Of a stretch of 64,000 bases of DNA, positions 21,701-29,114 are shown piece by piece. Below the pieces are notes generated by a model, which ran no database searches, was not told the DNA's origin, and saw only the letters and a program-made list of their open reading frames with translations. A program made the position numbers and the translations under genes. The stretch is from positions 62,001 through 126,000 of the IMG/VR virus record IMGVR_UViG_3300032287_004484; one strand, given 5' to 3'. Each line of letters begins with the position of its first letter. The first letter of the stretch is position 1.

Positions 21701-22776
21701 ACAGTTTTAAGATCAATAAAACCACCTGGTTCTATTTGATTATTAATATTATCTCTATAAAGGGGTATTTTGACATTGATTGTAAAATTAGTTTCATCTA
21801 TTGAACTTATTTCAAATTCACCATCAAATGTTTTATTATCGCTTTTAGATATTTTTAAGAAATTAATTGCACCTGAAACATTACTTATAAAATCATTACT
21901 TATATCACGATTATTTTTTTTAAGTTTTAATTGATGAATTATTCCACTAACGTGTGTAACACTTTCAATTTGATAAATAACATCTAATTGAGTATTAATA
22001 GGAGGAATAAAATTTGATACTTCTATTCCTTTGAAGATTTCCCATCTTGATTTTTTAATGTTATAAGAAATAAGATCTCTTCTATAAATTGGATAAAGAT
22101 CTCCATTTGGTATTTCATCTATTTGTTGTCCAACCTCAAAAGTAGGAACATTCATAAATAATACTAAAGATCCAGAGTTTAATGTATAATTTGTTTTTAA
22201 ATTTTTTGATAATTTTACTGCTGTTCCAGTTATTCCTATTACTTGAGTTCCATCTTCAAATTCTGATCCAAAAATAACAGATCCAACGCCAATAGAATTT
22301 TGAAAACTATTTAAATCGGTTGCTGTACTAACATTAAAAGTATTTCCACCGCTAACTGTGGTTTGTACTGTTGTATAAAAACTTGTTGGTTCTAAGAAAA
22401 TTATTTCATCGTTATATTTTATTTGTCCGCTTTTTATTCCAAAAGATTTAATATAAGTTCCTTCAACTTCATTTAAATCTTTTTTAATGTCAAAAACTTG
22501 AAAATTATCTCCAACTTGATAGAATGATCCATTTGAAATTAATGAATTTATTTTTTGATATTCACTAAATAACTTATTATCGTTATGTATTAAATCAATA
22601 AAAGTCTGATCTAATTTAGATGAATCAACATCATCACCAAATTTAATTAACCTTACAGTTTCGTCAGTATAAACGTTACCTACATCTGAGGAACTAAAAC
22701 TAGCATTAGCAGTAGTTGGAATATCAATAAATGAATTACTTTGTATTGAGAAATATTTTTTTCTTAAAACGCTCAT
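15766..22776 (-). CDS. giant (2336 aa) baseplate-attached fibre/structural protein
   Basis: Uninterrupted 7-kb ORF next to baseplate genes; propeller-like repeats in the C-terminal half. Confidence 0.6.
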   Translation of the reverse strand: MSVLRKKYFSIQSNSFIDIPTTANASFSSSDVGNVYTDETVRLIKFGDDVDSSKLDQTFIDLIHNDNKLFSEYQKINSLISNGSFYQVGDNFQVFDIKKDLNEVEGTYIKSFGIKSGQIKYNDEIIFLEPTSFYTTVQTTVSGGNTFNVSTATDLNSFQNSIGVGSVIFGSEFEDGTQVIGITGTAVKLSKNLKTNYTLNSGSLVLFMNVPTFEVGQQIDEIPNGDLYPIYRRDLISYNIKKSRWEIFKGIEVSNFIPPINTQLDVIYQIESVTHVSGIIHQLKLKKNNRDISNDFISNVSGAINFLKISKSDNKTFDGEFEISSIDETNFTINVKIPLYRDNINNQIEPGGFIDLKTVGVLSILVYKTSDNATSIVVDSIENITSIAGITGGIQNILRAPINHYNSYFSIKTNDKIHLVDIKGRLLDWEEGQGKITDPVLGYDYNETKLINYGETNIPHDYTDISEGNLTNIPFILNEIQNNIFGLKFVDVISFNIGIKNNSISIGQEGITYKITSYDQLTDNLKVSFTDTPDINTKYIKIIRTDDINDFTTIGIQTVTRKDFILISQGQGNLQIGKIINVTQDELTISGLFKDIDTTSEFIIFKNIPQAISDSQYTIESELIKSQVLSGINGSFGEQSIYSKVSLLYPDTEILTQIPKIESSKWYFLSLKGYNDLSINGLQQGTPYIVTEDLLGESNSSSSFIEIFYRTISGNYPDNILIEDEFGDINVQRNARAEAPHFRPVKYQILARALDQITTNSQQLDEVFLDVHVGVFKFHPDAIPRRVFVSYNKYDVIDGNSTDFSIKHTDINDQLKINLQDKISDINYKLQKENEVEKAWKVNGLISNENFGFSGPITVNINDSYNIVYKDPEFTNFSFDEEKYIVKFSNHLYDKPIYIGNDNILLENLSLEKDLNSTEDFTEGTLVNDFDFLDYSPGASANTLPFIGINFFDESFVPTNDGFFSSVSDFYRKKLIFETPNEKSEMSIDTGLYDINYLVNSRWNYLYPMPFEQNMALYGLLRKKDYEFASYVSYCNLDIKRRLRQREFIKLLDKDLNDINSNKSVTKIISEKYLSKSLVLDSVKYKENSLYLKSEITKYKFYEFLRAQNSEGTTLGLSDNLFPIIGNYDSEIKRSTLFINNSSITAFKSYNGSRPKIKIINFVKSEDTSDLGALDLVQVANEILVEDIECSEIRACNFNEKYFAVGYVIQVNNQYYIKIKLYDTSGNYLENSAAVIGNPDFPIASPFIFEIGDIGINRIGIVYQRSITEIGLITYNYSPLKQVTITDIKIIDSENTLSTYPSICKFSTNSFMVAYSNIYGSKIKIFDQDGKLQFFDDNETIDYRTLTTNHITITGNIIKLIELDNNDIAILFLDKGIAEKYDLKLVILDSWEKNWKYPQSTSINASKSLSIPIYVEQGLTTKIESIGTCILNEDIFIVSYTKNGKINLKAFYNDGGQLYNSFEDTLTNITNLNLLSAGQSTVFITYINSDNSYKYSVYNFRPNFIKNINKNNNFEISNYTNNYFFQSHLFDNNNYLLLRQTTVTTYNISIVSTIKKDVHQLNSYYTALDGISLSNGKILDTYFVNKDVLKVLLIVWSDSSNIYVEFIKISSTGSITKSPNKVTISPSANYSKNFGKIIDVNLDSNVIGVVLKTNTKKYNIHGISLLPLLTSNDFGTPFGTNYTSNAKIYNPAINSLSGVEYDYTVSFIKKDNYGYLVYPSSSGTNIGALNLSNSLFDSQGELNFTNLSSINFSSPINSNRAYSGINFVKDKNLDNRYFIFGNSSGSGDYYDVNFNNTLVEGSTFFTMSASGTFISASGTFKLLDEPQPFNSSYDESLLLFYNNSSGSSNYHNVVFFNKDNYAIIDTVPKTTFNETSLGNRFYTIKSDDIDDYYSTFTSSSGTINKLYSKTISLSFTDKIEYERVLTVKEDSLSDSANRQRLYLNNSIKIGGINWKGQIVKNYPVYSIPSFNLDSEYIDDDKIFRSEKLLISAHLVSISKDSFTVIYYYHKNKSSELKVKLRNFVISRSRVFPSSKWYDNEISFESNSNLQQIYLQVIEYGDNLLYIWIDPITKKINKCLVDSTNSIITGTNNEIENQLSSSSWILLGSSKLIEGWSTVIGYEKNTNKLYTMLFNPDGNLHRLGIPFDLPFDIRTSLRSNVNISKFGYFYWLFFDSSTNKLKYYQHGFDGDPWGCSQLVGKNYITNIQTSSNSPIYNQIKDDILNTEEIKFLQYNKIDVNLNNGFSKDIYDVFGSQETGIYRIFDLNDPTINVVMALKVVSNNTLEPIITLDTSSSNISKNPGTANKFNIYISSATNYVTFQNNTGNIMNLRFYKEN

Positions 22777-22820
22777 ATAATTTATTTTTCTATATTTATT
22801 TTATTTTGTTTTTTTTATTT

Positions 22821-24077
22821 TTAAACAATGCTTTTAATTGTCCACGAAATTAAATATGAAAATTGATCACTCTTTGAAAAACCTTTGGGAGAAGTTGTAA
22901 TTCCACTAAAATAAGGAAATCTTATTATTGAAAATAAATCATCTTCTCCATTAAAAAGAAAAGCTTCTGTATAATGAACAGGTAATCCAGAAGAACCATT
23001 TCCTTGAGTTTGACTCATTGTAATGCTAAAAGTTGCTGCGTAATCATCAATAAAGGATCCAGAAGGAGAATCGGAATAATTAGTAGTTAAAACAGGATAA
23101 TAATCAATTCCTCCTGTTAACGGAAATCTTGTATCAATAGTAGTTCCAATACCATTATTATAACCAGTTACTGGTACAATAGAATTAATTATATTAAACG
23201 AACCTATTTTAAATTTAATTAAAACTTTAGTAACACTTCCTATTGCTCCACTACCCAGAGTAAATTTCACAGACCAATATCCAACTGTTTGTGTACCAGT
23301 AGGAGGTGTATAATAAATTTTATGAGTATTAAGATCAGTTGATAAATAAGGACTTGAAATATTATTGACGTTAGTTGCTGATGTACCGCCATTTACAGAT
23401 GATCTTGAATATACATTGTTAAATGTTAAAGTTGCTACAACTGAATTGGATGAATTTAAAAGATCTACTGATAAAGTTTTATGAGATGGCGGTCTTTCTT
23501 GATTATAATTAAGATTTTCACCTAAAAGATTATCGTTTAATATTGTAATTATTGTTGCTCCATTAACCCAATTTACACCATAACTACTTACAAGTATTGC
23601 ATCAGATTCAATGCTACTACCAAAATTACTTCCTTCACGACTTTGAATTGCGCCTATAGAATCACTAGAAGCGTTAGCTGTTCCTGTGGTATATCTACCA
23701 CCAGCAGGAGAAAATTCAGTAGAATTAGTTAAATTATTTCTAAAAGCTCCCTCAGAAATATCATAATAAGAATAAACAAGATCAGTGTTATTATTGCTAT
23801 ATGGGGAATTACCAAATCTCATTCTTGATATTTTGTAATTAGAAGAATTTATTGTACTTCTCCAAGGCGAACTTCCTTGAGCTAATAATCTAATAACTGT
23901 ACTTTTAGATAAATTAGTTATTTCATTATGAAAAGATGATCTATCAACTTCTTTTCCATTATAAAGTTTTATCCAACTAAATTCACCTTTAATTCCGCCT
24001 ATATCTTCTGCAAATTTATCTAAAGGTTCCTTTGCTTTTATAAAATTTTTATTCCATATTTTTTTAAATAAATTCAT
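22821..24077 (-). CDS. baseplate wedge / fibre-attachment protein
   Basis: HNEITN..IRLLA N-terminus and YTEAFLF..FSKSD..ISWTI C-terminus; GGAG RBS. Confidence 0.6.
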   Translation of the reverse strand: MNLFKKIWNKNFIKAKEPLDKFAEDIGGIKGEFSWIKLYNGKEVDRSSFHNEITNLSKSTVIRLLAQGSSPWRSTINSSNYKISRMRFGNSPYSNNNTDLVYSYYDISEGAFRNNLTNSTEFSPAGGRYTTGTANASSDSIGAIQSREGSNFGSSIESDAILVSSYGVNWVNGATIITILNDNLLGENLNYNQERPPSHKTLSVDLLNSSNSVVATLTFNNVYSRSSVNGGTSATNVNNISSPYLSTDLNTHKIYYTPPTGTQTVGYWSVKFTLGSGAIGSVTKVLIKFKIGSFNIINSIVPVTGYNNGIGTTIDTRFPLTGGIDYYPVLTTNYSDSPSGSFIDDYAATFSITMSQTQGNGSSGLPVHYTEAFLFNGEDDLFSIIRFPYFSGITTSPKGFSKSDQFSYLISWTIKSIV

Positions 24078-24102
24078 TTATTTCTCCATTTTTATTATAT
24101 TA

Positions 24103-25638
24103 TTATTGTGTAGTATAACTTAAATCTTCATTCAACATATCTTTAAAATCATAAAAAATTTGATCATCAAATTTTAACGAAAAATCCCATTTATTACTAA
24201 AAGAAAACTCTTCTCCATAAAATAAAACATCTCCAACATTAAATTCTTCATTGTTTGAAATTAATTCAAATATATTTTCAACTATTGAATTAGTAAAATT
24301 AATATTCTGTGATACTTCTGGAGGAATTATCCCTGATGCATATAAATCTCCAGGTTTTGGAAATTCTTTTAAGTCGCTAACAGATATTGTACCTGTTAGT
24401 TCTCCAATAATATCATTAATTAAATTAGATCCAGTTCCTCCACCAAAATCTAAATTAAAAGATTCTAATATATATTGTATATGTGATGGACGTAAAAAAT
24501 CAAGGTATCTTCTAATAACTAATTTTTTTTCTGGTGAAAAATCTAATGGATTTTCAAAATACTGATCATTATATGAAGAATTAAAAATAACTCTTACATA
24601 ATTACTTTTATTATTTTTAAATACATTTTGATCATAAGAATTAGTTCTTGAAATAAAAGAAATACCGCTTTTGGGTTGATAAGAAATGTTTCCACTAGCA
24701 TCTGTTATTCTAATGTAGTTTCCAAAATTATTATTTTCATCAGAAAAAAGTATATTTCCATTAGTATCTGTCATTCTAACGTAGTTTCCAAAATCGTTAT
24801 AATCGTTAGAAAAAAGTATATTATCTTTTCTAGGATCATCTCTTGGTAAAGGTGGATTATCTAAAAGTGTGCCATCAGTATTATAAGCATAAAAAGTTGA
24901 TAAAGATTCATCATCACTATTTATTTCTATAAGATCACCGTTTTTATCATACCAAAATTCTTGAATAGATGTATTATAACCAAGAGCTCCAAAAAATAAT
25001 TCGTATGCTAACTTAGTTCCTCTAACAGTTAATAAATCAAATATATTACTAATTATTTCTCTAAAAGTTTCATCATTAACATATTCATACTTAGTATTAA
25101 TTTGCGTAAAATCAATTCTTTCAAATCCAACATTTTGTGCTAATAATGAAATAAATTTACTTTTACCTTCTTTAAAAGATGATATCATTTTTAAATCTTC
25201 ATTATAAGCATATAATATATCTAACATTTCCATAAGAGTATCAAAAATACTTTTTACGAATTGGTTTTTAGATAAATTATAAGAGTCTAATCCAGGGATT
25301 AAATAAGTCATGTAATTATCTTTAAAAAAAGATCCATGACAAATAAATTGTTTTGAATAATAAAAAACTTCTCCTTCGTAAATAAAAGACGCTTTTATTA
25401 TTCCACTACCTTCACTTTTAGCAAGAATTTCAATTTTTTCACCATCGTTAGAATTAGGAATTATATAAAAATTATTATCTAATGAAAAAATATTAAGTGA
25501 ATCATTAGGATAATAATTAGTAATATTTACTTCGCCTAAATCACTCGTTTCTGCTATAACTGATAAGTTTATATTTTCATCTTTTAAGTAATTATTGAAA
25601 TCCTTTTGATGTGAAAATTTTATTCTTAAAATTTTCAT
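24103..25638 (-). CDS. baseplate wedge protein (gp7 / P2 gpI-like)
   Basis: ISLLAQNVGF, RGTKLAYELFFGALGY, LDFLRPSH motifs; follows the gp6-like gene. Confidence 0.7.
   Translation of the reverse strand: MKILRIKFSHQKDFNNYLKDENINLSVIAETSDLGEVNITNYYPNDSLNIFSLDNNFYIIPNSNDGEKIEILAKSEGSGIIKASFIYEGEVFYYSKQFICHGSFFKDNYMTYLIPGLDSYNLSKNQFVKSIFDTLMEMLDILYAYNEDLKMISSFKEGKSKFISLLAQNVGFERIDFTQINTKYEYVNDETFREIISNIFDLLTVRGTKLAYELFFGALGYNTSIQEFWYDKNGDLIEINSDDESLSTFYAYNTDGTLLDNPPLPRDDPRKDNILFSNDYNDFGNYVRMTDTNGNILFSDENNNFGNYIRITDASGNISYQPKSGISFISRTNSYDQNVFKNNKSNYVRVIFNSSYNDQYFENPLDFSPEKKLVIRRYLDFLRPSHIQYILESFNLDFGGGTGSNLINDIIGELTGTISVSDLKEFPKPGDLYASGIIPPEVSQNINFTNSIVENIFELISNNEEFNVGDVLFYGEEFSFSNKWDFSLKFDDQIFYDFKDMLNEDLSYTTQ
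24686..24822 (-). repeat. 66-bp (22-aa) internal tandem duplication in the wedge gene
   Basis: NILFSNDYNDFGNYVRMTDTNG / NILFSDENNNFGNYIRITDASG. Confidence 0.8.
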
Positions 25639-28508
25639 GCAATCTTGACTCGTAATTTATATGAATCGTATAATCCATTTAATTGAGTATAAGTTTCTTG
25701 TAAATTTTTTATTCTTCCAAGAAAGCTTTCATTAAAAATAAAATAATATTGATTACTATTAGTATCTGTTAAATCAGATGATGGTAAATTAATTTTTACT
25801 TTTTCTACTGATGGAAGTCTATTTTTATTATTTAAATATGATTCAACAGTTAATAAATTAAAGCCAGAACCTATATTTATATCTTCTATCATATTATTGT
25901 AAGTAAAACTAGAATAAATAAGATTAGTTGTATCTAAAATTGCTTGTTCTCTAGAATAACCTTTTGCTGGTGTTACACTTATATCTAATAATATAGGTTT
26001 AAATACTACTCTCTTTAGTAGAGGTTCTACGCCTATCATTTTTTTATCTTTGGATTTTAATTTTAAGATATAATCTAAGGCTTCACTTTCTGGTTCATAT
26101 GGATTAGGAATCATTGAAACAGTAATTAAATTATAAATCTTTTCTTCATAATTAATAACAAACTGAGTAGAAGTGTTGTACATCTCTGTTATTCCATCAT
26201 CTCCCACGGGAAAAGAATAATCGCCAGCTGATCCATTAGAATCTTTTAATTTAATTATTAATTGTCCATTTTGATAATCGTATTTACAAAGTGTAGAATT
26301 AGTATCGTCAAAAACTACATCATTTGCTGAAACCCCATTATTTTCACCAGTATTACTAATATTAGAAAAAGTTAAAATGTCAAAAGTTTGCTGATTATTA
26401 ATTGATGTTACAGTTAAAGAGCTTCCTTCTTTTAAAAAAATTGGATTATTATTTTTATCTTTAAAAGAAACAATTATTGTAGGACCAGTTATTAAATTTG
26501 GGTTTAACCAAGTAGTTATTAAATCATCATAAGTTTTTGTTTTAGAAATTAATTCAGTAGAATTAAGTCTTAGAGTTATTTGATGTGTATCATAATTATA
26601 TATAGATGTTTCTAAAAAACATTTTCTATTTTGTGGATATGCTTCTTGATATTGAGGTATAATTGATAAAAAAGTTAGAACTGAATCACTAGGGTTAAAA
26701 ACCTGAATTTTAGATGTTATTCCAGATGATAAAGATCTAATAACTAATTTTTTATCATCATCTATGTATGCAAATGGAGTAGATGAACTAAAAGAATTAT
26801 AATATGTACTAGCGGTTCTAATTTTTTCGTCAATTCTTGCTGCTAAAGCAGTTGCTTTACCATTATTATCAACACCATAAGCAGTAACTGGTATTTCAAT
26901 CTTATAACAAGCATTACCATTAACTGTTGTAGAGCCAACTTGATCGTCAATATTAAAATATAAAAACTGTTTACCTTGAACTAAACCTATATTTCCTAAA
27001 GCATCTTCTGAGACGACTTTTGCATTAGATATTGCTGGATCAGGTAAATTTGTTGATCCGCTATAATTACCACCCCATACAAGTCTATCGACTTCTTTTC
27101 CAGTAGAATCATATGCTGATACATATAAACTTCCATTAAGAGGTGGTTTAAATGGAAGAGGAAAAGAAAAATCTGTTGATCTAAAAAAAGATATTAAAAC
27201 ATCATTTTCTGCTCCATCGTGTATACCATCTAAATTAAGAAATTTATTTAATTCTAATTCAAAAATGTTTTTATAACTAAGGTAAGTATCTGTACTATTA
27301 GGTACTGGAAATAGAAAATTATCAAAAATTCTAGGCGGAACTATATAGTTATGATAATGTAATAATGGTACATTTATTCCATTATATTTTGGACTAATAA
27401 CTCTATGTTTAATAGAAGATCCACGTAATTCGTTTTGAGCGTCTATATCATCAATAATTGATCTAGTTCTACCGATTCTAAGTGGAGCATAAAATTGAGC
27501 TTCGTCTAAACTTTCACGATCAGATCCTCCACCGCCACCTAAAAAATTATAAAATGAAATTGGTAAAGTATTATAATTATCTACTGTAATGTTTGTTACT
27601 TGATTTATTCCACCCCTAGTAACATTAGAAAGTATACCTCCTCCTGTACGATAAAACATTGTTAATGTTCCACCATTAGAAGGAAAAGATCCGCCAAATT
27701 CTCTTGATCCAAAAATTATTTTAGCGCTTCCATCGTTATTATATCTTATTTTATAATGAGGAACTCCACCCATTGCTTTAGTAAACATAGTAGTTATTTT
27801 TGGAGTTATTACAAAAGAATCAGTTTCAATAAGTTCTATTTCATTTAAAGTTTGATATTGATAATAAATTCTAATAGAACCTTCTATAATGTTAAGGTCG
27901 GTAATATTATAAATAAATTTTTCAGTTTGAGTAATGGGATCTAAAACATGATTTTTAGAAATTGTAGATCCACTAAAAGCTTTTACTTTAACAAAGTTTT
28001 GTGCTGGTATTTCTATTGACGATCCATAATTAATTTTACTTGTTTCGTTTCCATAATCATCTTTTTCTAAATTATAAATTTCATATGTTGTAGATGATCC
28101 ATCAATAGTAGTTGCTGTTAAAGAATATCCAGGGTTTAAATAAAATGGAGTAGTAAAAGAACCGCCATCATTAGGTCTAATAGTGACCTCTACCATTGAC
28201 GCTGAATTTTGTTTTAAATTTAAAGAAAAATTAGAAAGATAATTTACTACAGATAATGGATCTTTAGCTTGAGTAACAAAAGTTTCTCTTAAAATTCTAT
28301 TAGTCGTTTCAGCATTTTTAGAAAAAAGATAACTAAAAGTATTAATTATAAAATAAGAAAAATTATGTAAAAGTTCACCATCCCAAATAGAGTTCCAATT
28401 AGTATCAGATTGTATTCTTTCTACTATTTCTTGTACTAATGCATCTCTATCATATTCAATTAAATCTGGCGTTTTAATTTGTGTTAGCGATTTTAAAAAA
28501 TCTGACAT
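25635..28508 (-). CDS. baseplate wedge subunit (T4 gp6 / gpJ-like)
   Basis: ETFVTQA, IIFGSREFG, YRTGGG..SN, GGSDRESLDEAQFYAP motifs. Confidence 0.9.
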   Translation of the reverse strand: MSDFLKSLTQIKTPDLIEYDRDALVQEIVERIQSDTNWNSIWDGELLHNFSYFIINTFSYLFSKNAETTNRILRETFVTQAKDPLSVVNYLSNFSLNLKQNSASMVEVTIRPNDGGSFTTPFYLNPGYSLTATTIDGSSTTYEIYNLEKDDYGNETSKINYGSSIEIPAQNFVKVKAFSGSTISKNHVLDPITQTEKFIYNITDLNIIEGSIRIYYQYQTLNEIELIETDSFVITPKITTMFTKAMGGVPHYKIRYNNDGSAKIIFGSREFGGSFPSNGGTLTMFYRTGGGILSNVTRGGINQVTNITVDNYNTLPISFYNFLGGGGGSDRESLDEAQFYAPLRIGRTRSIIDDIDAQNELRGSSIKHRVISPKYNGINVPLLHYHNYIVPPRIFDNFLFPVPNSTDTYLSYKNIFELELNKFLNLDGIHDGAENDVLISFFRSTDFSFPLPFKPPLNGSLYVSAYDSTGKEVDRLVWGGNYSGSTNLPDPAISNAKVVSEDALGNIGLVQGKQFLYFNIDDQVGSTTVNGNACYKIEIPVTAYGVDNNGKATALAARIDEKIRTASTYYNSFSSSTPFAYIDDDKKLVIRSLSSGITSKIQVFNPSDSVLTFLSIIPQYQEAYPQNRKCFLETSIYNYDTHQITLRLNSTELISKTKTYDDLITTWLNPNLITGPTIIVSFKDKNNNPIFLKEGSSLTVTSINNQQTFDILTFSNISNTGENNGVSANDVVFDDTNSTLCKYDYQNGQLIIKLKDSNGSAGDYSFPVGDDGITEMYNTSTQFVINYEEKIYNLITVSMIPNPYEPESEALDYILKLKSKDKKMIGVEPLLKRVVFKPILLDISVTPAKGYSREQAILDTTNLIYSSFTYNNMIEDINIGSGFNLLTVESYLNNKNRLPSVEKVKINLPSSDLTDTNSNQYYFIFNESFLGRIKNLQETYTQLNGLYDSYKLRVKIA

Positions 28509-28871
28509 TTATACCTCTACTATCTTAAAAAACTCGATTTCTTGATTTTGCTGAGAAGTATTATCATAGATATTAATCCTAATCAGTATTCCATTTTGTC
28601 CAGCATCAGCGTTTAATATTTCAATATATATATCATCTATTTCTAATTCTGGTTCTCTTTCTTGCATTAAAAATGTAATTTCATTTATTATATCATCTGC
28701 GGAAATATCATCTTCGGGTTCGTGAAAAAAATCTTGTATTGCTGATCCATAATCAGGAAAACCAAGAATTTCACCTTCTGGTATAAATAATAATCTTTCT
28801 ATTCTTGCTCTAATGTAATCGCTATTTTCCGCAACAGAAGACATTAAATTATTAAAAATTAATCCTTTCAT
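28509..28871 (-). CDS. baseplate wedge subunit gp25-like
   Basis: LLFIPEGEILGFPDYGS..FFHEP..EPE motif. Confidence 0.85.
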   Translation of the reverse strand: MKGLIFNNLMSSVAENSDYIRARIERLLFIPEGEILGFPDYGSAIQDFFHEPEDDISADDIINEITFLMQEREPELEIDDIYIEILNADAGQNGILIRINIYDNTSQQNQEIEFFKIVEV

Positions 28872-29114
28872 ATAATAATAGTATTTTTAATCTTATTATC
28901 TATTTTATTATTTTATTTTTATTTAGTCTATGATAATTATTTTTATGTAAAAATTTTTTTTAACATATAAAAAAAAACATAAACATTATATAAACATTAT
29001 GTATAAAATACTCTGAAGGTGGATAGTAAATTTAATACTGTTTAATTAAAAAATAAACAAAAAATAATAAAAATAAGTAAATTTTTAGTGATTATTATAT
29101 AAAATATATTTAAT

